Shown: in pieces, positions 25,959 through 39,784 of the stretch
Layout of the letters: each line of letters opens with the position of its first letter
Numbering within the stretch: the stretch's first letter is position 1
NCBI GenBank assembly: GCA_050613775.1
Contig: JBODTK010000141.1
Span: 1 to 64,000 of the forward strand
Reading direction: 5' to 3'
DNA length: 64,000 nt
Origin: Neocallimastix sp. 'constans'
Lineage: Eukaryota
Made by a program: the position numbers and the translations under genes
Notes under the pieces: generated by a model
Told to the model about the DNA's origin: nothing
Databases searched by the model: none
Seen by the model: the letters and a program-made list of their open reading frames with translations, nothing else

Positions 25959-26250
25959 ATTGCAGAATCAATAGTTATTTAAATAATTTATTTCTAACAA
26001 TACCATCTTATTATAAATTAATAGATAAATTAAATGAACTTGAACATTTACCATATTATGATTATCAAAGAAAAATAAGAGGAATTTAGAAAATAAAAAA
26101 AAAAGAGCAATAAATAAAGCTAATGAAATCAGTGTCTTAATTGAACTCTACAAAAATATTGAAACCAAGTTAATTGATACTAAATGTGATAGAAATAATA
26201 TTATTAATTTGTGGTTTGATTGTTTAACTGATTTAAATAATATAATATAA
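25959..26250 (+). pseudogene. C-terminal fragment of a MULE-type transposase
   Basis: Resembles the TNN..ES.N..LN catalytic-Glu region of Mutator/IS256 transposases. It has two frameshifts and an in-frame TAG at 26087. Confidence 0.6.
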
Positions 26251-26739
26251 ATATTATTTTATAATAAATAATTAAAAAATGAGGAATAACCAAACGAAAT
26301 AATCAGAATTCTGTCATTCAAAAATTTAATTTATAAAGCTTATTAAATTTATACAGTTTAAATAAATATTCAAATAGGTCTCTATAATTAATAATTTTAT
26401 CATTATAATTATAATTTTTTTTTAATAACATTTAAATAAAAGAATTATTATCAATAATATTTATATTTTTAATAACATTTATATTTTTATATAATTTTTT
26501 TATTAATAGCATTTAAATAAAAAAATTAAAATCATAAAATCTAACCATTATATGATTTATTTAATTATTCACTTAATAATTAATTTAAAATTTGAAATAA
26601 CAAAATAATACAATAAAATAATATTATGTAGTATAAAATATCTATAGCCACAAATTTATATATATCACGTGAAAAATTGGCGTAATGCAACCTCCCCCCA
26701 TAGATTTTATAAAAAAAATAAAAAAAATATGATTACATT

Positions 26740-26772
26740 ATAAATAAATAAATAAATAAATAAATAAATTAA

Positions 26773-26852
<80 letters not shown>
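26740..26852. repeat. (AAAT)n microsatellite
   Basis: Directly visible. Confidence 0.95.
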
Positions 26853-26853
<1 letters not shown>

Positions 26854-26924
26854 AATTAATTAATTAATTAATTAAATTAAAATATTATTTTATTTTTGTT
26901 AAATTGGCATAAACTTTATCTTGC

Positions 26925-27046
26925 ATAAAGAGAGGTTCGCGTCGACACTGAAACGGTACAGCAAAAAATCCACTAAGAGTCTTATATATGTTTAAAAGAG
27001 AGACTGGAGGTCCTATTAAATTCCAGTCTTTAAAAAAAAAAAAAAA
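26925..27046 (+). mobile_element. Truncated retroposon 3' end: hairpin plus poly(A) (copy 2)
   Basis: Stem agactgga (27001-27008) / tccagtct (27022-27029), followed by A15 (27032-27046). The upstream cgtcgacactgaaacggtacagcaaa resembles ~656-680 of the LINE remnant. Confidence 0.6.
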
Positions 27047-28106
27047 TAGGGATAAATTTTGTTTATTAATAAATATTGATTTAATGCTAGACATTCCTTA
27101 TTTTATTGCCTTTTAGTCCGTTTGATATCATTAATATTGTAATTATCATTATTATATATTAATAATTTTTGGTTTAAAATAATTAATATACAATTCTATT
27201 TACTAAAATTATTATTTAGTTTGATTATTTAATAATTTTTATTATGAATATTTATACAATTTGAGTTTAAGGTATAATTAAGAATATTTATACAATTTGA
27301 GTTTAAGGTAATATTTACTTAATAGTTTTATTATCATTTATTTTATAATTATTATTAAAATTATTATTCAATTTTAATAATAAATTTAATATAAAAAAAT
27401 TTTTATATATCCATAAAAAAAAAAAGCGTTTTTTTTCTAAAATGGCAATATGTATCATATAAAAAAAGATATTGAATATTAATTAAAATTTTTATTTTTT
27501 ATCTTTTATTTTTATTTTTATTTTTATGCTTTAATATATATTTCATTATTAATAATTAAAGTTTTAAACAATATTCTGAAATAAATTAAAATTTGTAAAT
27601 GTCATATAATGATATATGAATGTGATAAAGTAAGAAGTTCAGGTTCGTTTCTTTTAAGGTTTGTTCTTTAAATGGGGAATATAATTTATATGTTTTATAA
27701 AAATTATTTTATTTAAATTTTATTTATTTAGAAGAATTACATTTACTTATCATTATTTAAAATGTAAACTAACATTTATTCCTAAAATTAATATTTATTT
27801 TCATATTTTGATCTCAAGAATTACTATAATCTATTATTTATTATTCTTGGACAGAGAACTAAACTATTTCTAAGTATTTTTCTCTTTTATAATTATTTAC
27901 TATAATAAAGTTTTCCTATATTAAAGTATAAATATTAATTTACTTTCATTATTGTTTAAATTAAATAATAAAAAATATATAAATTAATATCTAATAAGAA
28001 ATACAATAAAAACTAGATTAATACATAAATTTATGCTTTTATTACACTTCTTAATTAACATAAATTTATTATTAATTAGAGTTTTTATTTCTATTTCATA
28101 TTAAAA

Positions 28107-28147
28107 GTTTCATAAATTACTTTAATAATTAAAGTAATTTATGAAAC
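28107..28147. repeat. Perfect 20-bp inverted repeat with 1-nt spacer
   Basis: gtttcataaattactttaat-a-attaaagtaatttatgaaac. Confidence 0.9.
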
Positions 28148-28333
28148 ATTAAAGTGTATAATAATAAATTTATGAAACATATAAGTTTAAAATTTTAAAA
28201 TTTATTATTTTATTTCCTTAGAAACGCCATATTATTAATTATTTATTATCACTTTTTTTAATTGACATTAATATATTTATTTGGTAATTATTTGGATTAT
28301 AAAATAAATATATACCTATAATAATAATTGTAA

Positions 28334-28383
<50 letters not shown>

Positions 28384-29528
28384 TTTATATAATATCTAAA
28401 CAAAGCAGAATTAATTCAAAAGTATATAAACGGACTTCACATATTTCATATTATTTTATAATTAATCATTATTGTTTATGATATTTATTATATTTTATTT
28501 TTATTAATTTGATATTTATATTTATTTATTTATTTTTTTAAAAAAAGAAATAAATTCTATATGCTATTAAAAACGAATTAATTATTAAAAAAATATTTCG
28601 TAATTTTTTTTTTTTTTTTATTTTGATTGAAATTTTGGTTCTTTTTATAAAAGATTATATATATTTTCTTTTTTATTTTATTTTATTTTATTTTTTTTTA
28701 AAAAAAAAATTACTTTAAATTCGAATTTTTTAATAAATTTTTTCTTTCTTATTATTTACATAAACATTTAAAGACTTTTTTTTCTAATGATAATTATAAG
28801 AAGGTTTAATTATTTATATAAATAATAATATTAAAAATTTATTTATTCTATATAAAAATATATATACTACCTATTGAAAGAATTTTATTTTTACTTATTA
28901 ATTTTACTTTCAACTTTAGTTTAATATATATATTTTTACTTTTTTTTTTTTTTTTTTTTTTATTACTATTTTTTTTAAATATTATTATTGCTATTATTAT
29001 TGCTATTTTTCTTTTCTTTTTAGGTTTTAATTATATTATTATTTTTTTTTTTTTTGGTTGGAAAATCAAAATCAATAAATATATATATTTTTAATAAAAA
29101 ATAAAACAATAAAAAAAAAAAAAAAGAAAAAAAAAAATTCTAAAAAAATTTTAATCTTTTTTTTTTTTTTAAATTTATAAGATTAGTTTTTTATTTAGTA
29201 ATTAATAAATATATATATTTATTAAAATTTTAATGATAGAAAAAATGAATAAAATGTGTTTATTAAAAATATTTATTTATAAAAATCTTTTAATTTTTTT
29301 TTAAATAAAAGAGAAATAAATAAAAAAAAAAAAAGAAAATATAAAAAAGAAAATGACAATTTTTTATTTGATAAATGATAAGAAAAAATAATGGTAACTT
29401 TAATTTATATTTCTTTTTTCTTTTCTTGTTTCGTTTTCTTTTTTTATATTTTTCTTTTTCTTTTCTTACTTTTTTTTATAATATGTATAATATATAGAAA
29501 TAATATTACTTTTTTTTTTTTTTTTTTT

Positions 29529-31476
29529 TTACATTATTATACAACAACCGGCTTCACCTTTTGGTCTTGGACTATGCTTTGAACTTTCTCTTGGGTAATT
29601 TGGTCTTTCTTTTGGTAAGTTCAATTCTTTAAGTTCAACATTATTACTTCTATATTTAGCTGGATCAAACTCTTCAGTAGTTGGTTCTGGTTTTGGTTCT
29701 GGTTCAACCTTATGAAGGTTTTCTTCAGCATCTATTATTAATTAATAATTATTTATTATATTTTAATATTTTTATTAATATAATTTTTTTTAATTTATTA
29801 TTGAATAAATATTTAATTTTTATATTTATTTTAGTTATATATATTATTTAAAATTAAATTATTTAAAATTTGAGAAATTACCATTATAACGGTTAAAGAA
29901 TTCACTCCAATCATTATCATGCTCAATATTTGTCATATCATCAAGTAAACCCTTCATTGGTGGAAGTGGAGTTCTTTCTTTTGGAGATTCTTCTGGATGA
30001 GTAATACGTTGTTCTGCTTTGTAGGCACGACGTATAATAATTTTTTCTTCTTCAATCTTTCTTCTACGTGCATCAATTTCTTGTTGCTTCTTTAGTATTT
30101 CCATAGCTTCTTCTAATTCCTTTTGTTCTTGTTCTAATTTTCTTCTTTCTTCGGCAATCTTCTTTCTTTCAGCTTCAAAATCTATTGACATTTTCTTGTA
30201 TTCTTCACTATTTTCATTTGTATTTTGAGTACTTTCACTGAAGTACTGTTGAAGTTGCTCTTCTCTTTGTAAAAGAACGGTTCTTCTTTTTTCATTATTT
30301 CTATTTCTTTCCATAACATCTTGTGATCTTCTCATTAATTGTTGACGTTCTCTTTCCCAATCCATAATTTCTTGGGCTTCAGTCTTCAACCTTTCTTGTC
30401 TTTCATATTCAGTTTGTCTTTCTTTTCTTTCCCTTTCTTCCTTTTCTCTACGAATCTTTTCTAATCTTTGCTTTTCCTTTTCTTGAGCGTCTCTTGCCTT
30501 TTGTTCTCTTTCTATTTCTAATTGACGTTGTCTTTCTCTTTCTCTAGCTTCTTCTTCTCTTTGTAGTTGAAGTTGACGTTGTCTTTCTTCTTCTTTCTGT
30601 AATTGAAGTTGACGTTGTCTTTCTTCTTCTTCTTTTTGTAATTGAAGTTGACGTTGTCTTTCTTCTTCTTCCTTTCTTTTCTTTTCTTCAGCTTCACGTC
30701 TAGCCTTAGCTTCTAAATATTCCTCTCTTTGAGCTGGGGTCATACGTCTTAATTTTCTTTCTTCTTCTAATTTTTCAAATTTCATTTTTTGAATTTTCCA
30801 CTTTTCAGCTTTTTCTTGTTCCCTTCTTTCTTCTTCTAATCTACGTTCTTCTTCTTCTTTTTGTTTTTGTAATTTCTTATCTTCTTCTATCTTCTTTTTA
30901 ACTAATAATGCTTTTTCAAATGCTTGTTGTTCACTTATTTCTAATTCTCTTTTACGTTCTTCTTCCTTTTGCCTTAATAATTCTTTCTTCTGTTTTTCAA
31001 AATCATCCATATGTTGTTTTTGTTCCTTGGATTGTTCCAAATATAATTCATTTTGCATTTTTATACGTTGTTGCTCTTCTTTTAATTTTTCATTTTGACT
31101 TTGAATTAATTTTTCTTTAAGAATATGAGCCTTTTCGAAAACTTCATTTTCTCTATCTTTAATTTTTAATTGTTGTTCTTTTTCATTTTGTAAACGTTGA
31201 TTTCTAACTTTATCTTCGAAAGCAGATAAAGCATTGATTCTTTCAGAATTACCAGCTTCTTTAAGTTTTTCTCGTTCATTTTCAACATTTACAGGAGAAT
31301 CCGGTCTCATTGTAAATGGTGAAGCTGGTCTATTAGTATATGGAGAGGCTGGTCTATTAGCATATGGGGAGGATGGTCTTTGAGAGAACTAAAATATACA
31401 TAAATTTGTATTATTTTTGTATTAATAACAATCTTCTTTGTGTATTTTATATTTATAAATTTATAATATTTACCAT
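29529..31476 (-). CDS. E/K/R/Q-rich helical (coiled-coil/single alpha-helix) protein, ~570 aa, with N-terminal RPxSP repeats and C-terminal CCIIM CaaX box; exons 31476-31474, 31388-29882, 29731-29529
   Basis: The 483-aa ORF extends in frame through GT-AG introns. N-terminus M|FSQRPSSPYANRPASPYTNRPASPFTMRPDSP; C-terminus ...PKGEAGCCIIM*. The ATG-only first coding exon is the least certain part. Confidence 0.82.
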
Positions 31477-34400
31477 TTTTTATATATACTTGATTTTATA
31501 TATATATATTTTTTTGGCAATAATATTTAATAGTTAATAATAATAATAAAAAATAATAATAATAATAAAAAAATAATAATAAAAAAAAAAATTAAATATG
31601 TATATTTAGATTTTTTTTTTTTTAAATTTATTTTTTTTACTTCACTTTTAATCAATCTTTATTTTATTGAAGTTGTTTTATTTAAGATTAAAATTTTATA
31701 AAATAATCTATCTTTCTATAATTTAATAAAATATTATTACTAAATTATTTAATATTATATTAATTGAAGATGATTTAATTCCGTTTTATTATAATTTAAT
31801 TATTTTGATTAGAAATAAACACTTTTAAATATATTATAAAAATTTATACTTACAGATTTAAGAATTTAATTTTATTTATTACTTTTTTATTTTTTTTGTT
31901 TTATATATATTTTTATTCTGTTATTTATTTATTTTATTATTTTATTTGTATTTTTAAATTTGATTTTTAAAATCGATTTTTTTTTTTTTTTATTTTATTT
32001 ACTTCTAATTTTTATTATTTAATTCTTTATTTTAATTTTATTATTTGATTCTTTATTTTATTTTGATATTATTTTAAATTTTATTATTTGTTTTATAATT
32101 TATTGATTTACTTTTTTAATAATTTTTCTTTTCTTTCTTTTCTATTGTGTATACTATTATTTGTTAAAATAATTAAGAAAGAAAAGAAAAATTTAATATA
32201 TATTAAAAAAGTTAAAAAATAATTAAAAAGAAGCTTTTATATATTATAATACAAAATTGTTTTCTTATTTAATAATGTTTTTAATTTTTTATATATATAT
32301 ATATTATTTTTATTTAGTTATTTTATTTAATTTTTATTATTTATTTTATTTTATTTTTTTTTTTACTTTAATTATTTGTTATTTTTAATAAGTAATTATA
32401 AAAAAGAAAAATATTTCTTTTTTATTAATTATTTATAAATTATTTTAATTATTATCTTTTTAAAATTTTTATTATAATATTTAAAGAATTAAAAAGAAAA
32501 AAAAAATTTTTAACGTAGTTAATTTGCATTTATATTATTATAAAATTATAATTTCCAATAATTATTATTCATTATATTCTATTAATTTTTTAATATTTTT
32601 ATCTATTATTACTTAATATTATTAATATTAGTATGTAATGATTATTATTTATTCAATACATTTATAATATTTTTTAAAAATAAAAAAAAAAAAAACAAAA
32701 AGAACATTTAATTATATGAAATATATATTAAAATTAATATATAATATATAATAAATTCATAATAGAAATAATATATAATAAAAAAAATTTTAATTATAAA
32801 TAATAGGTCAACATATAATGATATTACAATATATTACAATATATTATTTCAATAATTTTATATATAACTGTTATTTTTTTTTAAGATAAAATAATTTGAA
32901 AAGTGTACACAAATAATATTCTGTATTACATGATCTGTTATATAAATAAATTAAAAAATCTTATTATTTTTTGGAATATTAATATTTATAATTCAAAATA
33001 TATATAAGATAAACATATAATTTTTTTTACTATTTATTAATATAATAAATATATGAAATTAATTTATATAATTATATTATTTTAATTTATTATTATTGGA
33101 TTTTTAGGTCATATATATTATACATAAACAGTTGTGAATATATTTGTAATAAAGGTAAATATATTATTAATTATATATTAATTATATTACATTTAAATAA
33201 TAATATATTAAACTTTTGTGTAACATTCAATATTTTTATTGTTTAAAATTATATTAAATTAAATTAAATTAAATAAAAATATTTCAATTATTTAATTCTA
33301 AATGTTTGAATATATATATTTATTATTCAATTAATTGTTATCTATTATTTATTTTTTTTATATATTACATTTTTAATATTAACAGCTTTAAAATTTTATT
33401 AATAAAATTTAATTCTATTTTTGAAAGATTTCGTATAACTATTTTAAAATTTTATTAATGAAATTTAATTCCTATTTTTTAAGACAAACAATAATTTAAA
33501 GGCTAAATAAATAAATATATGCATATATATACTATTACTATTATTAAAATTTGATAAATTATTAAATATATATTAATTTTACTATTATTACATTATATTT
33601 ATTATTATTGCTATTATTATCTTTATTTATTATTACTATATTATTACTATTTATTATTTACTAATTATTATTTAGTTTTTATTATTTAATGATTATTATT
33701 TATATTAATTATTACTATTATTATTACTATTTATTATTTAATGTTTATTATTCAATTATTCAATTATTTATTTCAATTATTTATTATTTATTTATTTATT
33801 ATTTATAATTTATTACCTATATATTATTTATTATTTATTCATTTAATATTAATTATTTGTTATTTGTTATTATTTTACAATAAATTTATATAGTTTTAAA
33901 AAACTTTTTCTAATTGATTATGTAATATTTATAATGATTTTTTTTTTATTTTAATGCATTAAACGTATAATTTTTCTTTTAAAAAAATGAGTGCTAAAAC
34001 AATATTTCTTAATTAAATTTTTTTTTTTTTATTGGAATTAATAATTCGGAGATAATTAATAAAAAGTCTAAAGAAAAAAAAATTTTTTTATTTCAAAAAT
34101 TTTTGTAGTAAGATTATTTTGATTTAAAAAAATATTAAAAAAAAAATCTTTTTATTATGAAAACTTTTATATTTATATATTCTCAATATAGTTCTTATTA
34201 ATTAGCTTTATAATATATTATTTTAATAAATTATGAATTATATATTATATAATATTTTTTTTTATTTTAATTCTTACATAGACTCTTATTTTAAAGAGTT
34301 TACAAAAGTTATGAAAAATTTTTTTTTTATTTTTTTTTATTTTATTTTTTTTGTATATAATCATATGTTTAATTTAAACATATTAACATTTATTTTCAAA

Positions 34401-35148
34401 TTTTAATTTCTTTATATAAATCTTTTTCTTTCTTTTTTTTTTTTTTTTTTTGTCTTTAGAAATAATTTTAATTTTTTTTTTTCATTATTCATTATTCACT
34501 GTTTATATAAATATATAAATATAAAAGAAAAAAATTAATAAATAATATATATATTAAAAATTTTCATTTCTATATAATATTATGAATAAAGTTATATTTA
34601 TATATTAAATATATAAAATTAAATAAAATTATAATTATATATTAATTATAATTTTATTTAATCAAATAATTATAATAACAAACCAATAATTTATTAAATA
34701 TTTTTTATTATTTTATTTATATCTTTCGTTTTATTACACGGAAATTTTTTTTAGATTTTAAATACAATTAAATTAAAATTATTTGGTGAAATTTTAAAAT
34801 TCTAAATAATTATATATTAAGGTTTAAAGTAAAAAAAAAATTTCTTTTTTCAAAATTTATTTATTTATTTATTTATTATTATTATATTTTTTTTTTTAAG
34901 GGAAAACTTTTTTAAACTTTATTTTTTTATTGTTTTAATTTTTATTTATTTTTATTTATTTATTCATATATTATTTATTTATTTATTTTTAATTTTTAAT
35001 TTAAATAATAAATAAAAAAATTTTTTAATGATACTATTTTTATATTAAATAGTATATAGTAATAATAAATAAATTTAAAACTCAATGTCTACATTATTTA
35101 AAAAATAAATATATTTTATATAATTGATTATATGCTAATATAATACAA

Positions 35149-35958
35149 ATGAATATCAAATTACCAGATATATTATCTCAAGTAAAAAAAAGAAATAACA
35201 TAAATTCTCTTTTTACTGCTAGTACAAATCATTTAGAAAATAATAGAACTATAAAACCTAGTTCAGCTTCGAATACCTCCAATATAAATAATCATAATAA
35301 TACAAACACTAAATTTTCATCACAAGCAAAAGAAGTAACTACTCAAACTATTAAAGCATACCAATTAGAGAATGTTGAATCGGAAGACCTTATAAAAGCA
35401 ATTTTAAAAAGATTTTCACATCTTGATAAAGAAGTTCGTCATGATTTTATTTTAAAAATATTTAAAGATTGTGATTCAGATGATATGACATTTATATATG
35501 AGGTAAAGAGAATTATATAACATTAATAATTGTTTTGAAGATAGGAGTAATAAATTAATAATGAATAAATACATATGTTAAAAAAAAAAAAAACTTATAA
35601 TTAACAATAATTTGCATAAATATGTTTTTTTAATAAAAATTTGAAAATAAAATTATTATTATTTCATTATACAATGTGTTAATTAAAAAAAAAAAATGAT
35701 TCGGATAATTGTATACTGTAGACGTTACCACAATTACACAGAGATTTTCTCACTTTGTTACCTCATTCAATTGCATATGAAATTATAGTTTATACTTCCC
35801 CTAAAGATATTAATACATTTGCTCAAGTTTCAAAAAAATGGAGAAAACTCATTACCGTATATATCAGGATCATAAATATTTATTAAATTTATTAAAAAAG
35901 CATAAAAAAAAATAAAAATAAAATGAAAAAGTATTGATATATATCATTTCAATTTTTA

Positions 35959-36008
<50 letters not shown>

Positions 36009-37238
36009 ATACATTAAATATATTAGCATACAGAATTATGGGAAAGATTATATGATAATATTGGATTAAAAAGTATGTATAAATGTTATTTATGTAAGAG
36101 TATAACACTTAATTGTATAAAGTTTTCACTACTTACCAATTGGGTAATTGGTAATTTTAATTATAGTTCTATTCAAGCTCATAATAGTGGAATATTACAA
36201 ATATGTTTATATGGTGATTATTTGGCAACTGCAGGTGCAGATAGAACATGTAAACTTTATGATATTAATAGTGGAATGTGCTTAAAAGTATATAAAGGAC
36301 ACGAAAAATGTGTTCTCTGTGTAAAAATGGATGAAAAAAAAGTTAAGACTTACGATATTATTAAAAATATATATGATTATATACATACATATATATATAA
36401 ACAATTAATAATAACATTTTTTTTTTATAAAAATGATAAAAATAAAAAAAAAAAAAATGAAAATATATATTTTTGAATAAATTAAAATATATAAAGATTA
36501 TTACTGGAAGGTAATTTTAATAATAATAAATGAAAATATAATTACTATCATAATAATTAATTATATTATTATATATTAATATATAATTTCCATTAACAAA
36601 GTGAAGATCAAACAATTAGAATATGGAATATAAGAACTGGTGAAGAAATTGTAAAATTAATTGATCATAAAGGTTCTGTAAATTCAGTAACATTTTATGA
36701 TTCAACTTTAATGTATGAAATAAAAATTATATAATAATTTTTTATATGTATCTATTTAAACAATTTTTTTTGAAATTGATATAATTAATAAATATATAAA
36801 AAATGAAAAATATATATATACAAAAAATATATATATAGATCGGGATCTAGTGATAATGTAATAATAATTAAAATGCTTTACCTTTTTAATAATATTAATT
36901 TATATATTAATTTATATATTCATATTCTTCACCTTCTTTTCTTTTTTTTTTTTTTTTTTTTTTTAAATATTCTATTTATTTATATATTTTTAAATTCAAA
37001 AATTGAAATCAATTTAAAATTATCACAGACAATTAAAATATGGAAAATGGAATTGATTAAAAATAATAATAATGCTATATCTAAGAAAAATAGTTTACTG
37101 AATAAGGTTAATTTAGAATATCGGGTTGTATGTTTACGTACGCTTTTTGGTCATACAGCATCTGTACAATGTGTTGATACCTTACCTACTGTATGTATAT
37201 CAGGTTCAAGTGATGGAACTATTCGATTATGGCATGTT

Positions 37239-37285
<47 letters not shown>

Positions 37286-39784
37286 TTTTTCTATTTTTTT
37301 ATTTTTTTATTTTATTTTATTTTTTTTTTTTCATTTTTAATGTAATTGAATAATTTAAAATATTTTGATTTTTAATAAATATAATAAATAAATAAAATTA
37401 ATTTATATTATATTATTGATCTCAACATTAATATTAATATTATTATTATTAATGTAATTAAAATTATTATTATAATTATTATTATTTCATTTCGTTCTTT
37501 TTTCTATTATTACTATATTATTTGTATATTATTGTTGAATTTTTAAAGTGGAAATTGTATAAAAATTATATACCCAACATTATTGAAATCGATACCAGTA
37601 TGTAAAATGTGTCCTGAACTTATAAAAATGGAAAATATTGAATATGAGCCAATATCATGTATTAAAATAACTTATAATTATATAGTAGCAGGAACATATT
37701 CAGGTAATATATATTTATTAGATTTGCATGCTAAAGAAATGACAGCAGATGATGTCTATAAACCAGAATGGACAAATTGGAAAAAATCAAATTTTGATAT
37801 AGTTAATATTGATACTTCAAATGAAAATAATAATGATAATGATAATAACAATAATAACAATAATAATAATAATAATAATTATAATAATAATAATATCATT
37901 AATTTTATATCATCCTCTCCTCAAGCAATGTCAAGTAAAAAATCAAGGCTTACTATTGATGAGGATTTCTCTGTTCCATGTAATATATTAACAATTAGAG
38001 GAAGAGAATTTGCTTATGAAGAATTGATTGATTGGGTTAATAACAAAGATAGTATAAAATTAAACAGAATTTATAATTTAGATATTAATGCCATTCCTAT
38101 ATTTCCAGATGAATTTAATGAGAAAACATTAACATCGTCAGATCAATCTCAAACAAATAAAGAAAAAGAGAACAATAAAAATAATGAAGAATTAGTGAAT
38201 AATAAGGAAAATAGAAATAATGAAAAAATAAATAAAAAAAATGCTATAAATAAGAAAAATAATAAGTCATTATATAATATTGATGCTTTAAGTGATGATA
38301 TGAACACTACTGAAGATTATAATAGCGGTGATAAAGAGGAAACAAAAGTTGATAAAAACAAAAAGAAAAATGGTAAATCATCGAATAGAAATAGTGATAA
38401 TAGTTCAAATGAAAAATCAAAAGTAACAAATTTAACTCCAAATAATAATAACACTCTTAGTAAAGAAAATAATTTAAGCATGATAGATATGGTAGATTAT
38501 CGATATTCTCATTCATTATCAAATTCAAATTTACAATCCTATCAAAATTATGAATATTTTGAAGAAGAAGATGATGATATTACAGTTTTCGAAAGACAAT
38601 TTTCTCTAAATTCAAATTCATTATTTTCGAAGGAGAATAGTTTAGAAGATATTGTAAAACCATCCTCAATACCAGTATGGGTTTCAGGAAATAGTGACAA
38701 ATCAATAAGCAATAATGAAAAAACAGCAAAAGGGTTATTATCAACACCTAAATCATTAATTGAAGCAAGAAAAAACCACGGTAAAGACAAAACACAAATT
38801 CCAAAGAGACCTTTATCTATAAAAAAAACTTCAACCTATCAAAATAAAAGTAGGAGTAAAAATAATTTAAGTTCTGGAAAATACAGTTCAAGTAAAAAGA
38901 AAAATAAAACAAAATTGGAAAAAACTGATGCAAAAAAGAGTTTAGAAAACTATATTTTTGAAGATCTTGATAATAAATTGAATAAAGATGAAACTACAAA
39001 TAATGATAATCCAACTAGTGAAACTAATAATACAGTTCTTAATAATGAAAATGCTAAGGCAGCTGAAATCCCTAAAACTGAGGAAGTTATTGAAATAAAT
39101 AAAACGAAAAGTGAATCAAATATTGTGAAAACTACAGAAGATAACTCAAAAATCGAAAAATATTTGAAAGAAAGATATTCAAATAATTCAAAAGATTCTA
39201 CAAATTTAACCAAAAAATATATTGGTAGTAATATTCATCATTTTAAGTTGGATATGAATGCTGCAAAATGGATTTTAGGTGTTCAAGCTGACGCTTGGCG
39301 TCTAATTGCAGGAGGATGTGAAGGGAAATCTATATTTTGGAATCATAAAGTAGGAGTTCCTATATTTGAAATTAATAAAGATACTACATCAATTGTAACA
39401 ATACCAAGTTTACACGCTACGAAAAGAAAAAGAAAAACACAAAAATCAAAATATCATTCAACAAATGATCATTTAAATAATGATAATTATAGTCAACATG
39501 AGAGCCAGTCTCAAAATGAAAATAATAGTAGTAATTATAACAACCAGCAAAATAATCAATCTCATTATGAAAATAATAGTTATAAAAACTCTAATAATAG
39601 TGGAGATTCTAATAATTCGAATATTAAGAATAATAAAAACATTATGAATGCTGGTAAACTTCATTCATTATATACATCTGGTGAGTATCAACCTATTACA
39701 GATGTAATATTTAATGATAGATTCATTATTTTATCAGATATTAAAGGAAGACTTCGAATATGGGAAGTACATGATTTCAAATGA
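35149..39784 (+). CDS. F-box/WD40-repeat protein (Cdc4/Met30/beta-TrCP-like SCF substrate receptor), about 8 exons
   Basis: F-box DFLTLLPHSIAYEIIVY...FAQVSKKWRKL (exon from ~35722). WD40 repeats: LATAGADRTCKLYD, GHEKCVLCV, IITGSEDQTIRIWN, ISGSSDNTIKIWK, GHTASVQCV..SGSSDGTIRLWH, GRLRIWE. Micro-exons at 36497-36510 and 36839-36857. Confidence 0.88.

Larger units (their letters stand above)
25458..26697 (+). mobile_element. Non-autonomous/degenerate Mutator-like (MULE) DNA transposon with 9-bp TSD
   Basis: Direct repeat ccatagatt at 25449-25457 and 26698-26706. Imperfect TIRs beginning with G (gaatgtggttcatttcaccaattttt vs reverse complement ggggaggttgcattacgccaattttt). Internal broken ORF IAES/NSYLNNLF..P.YYKLI..L...W*...NLWFDCL at ~25959-26250. 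Confidence 0.75.
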
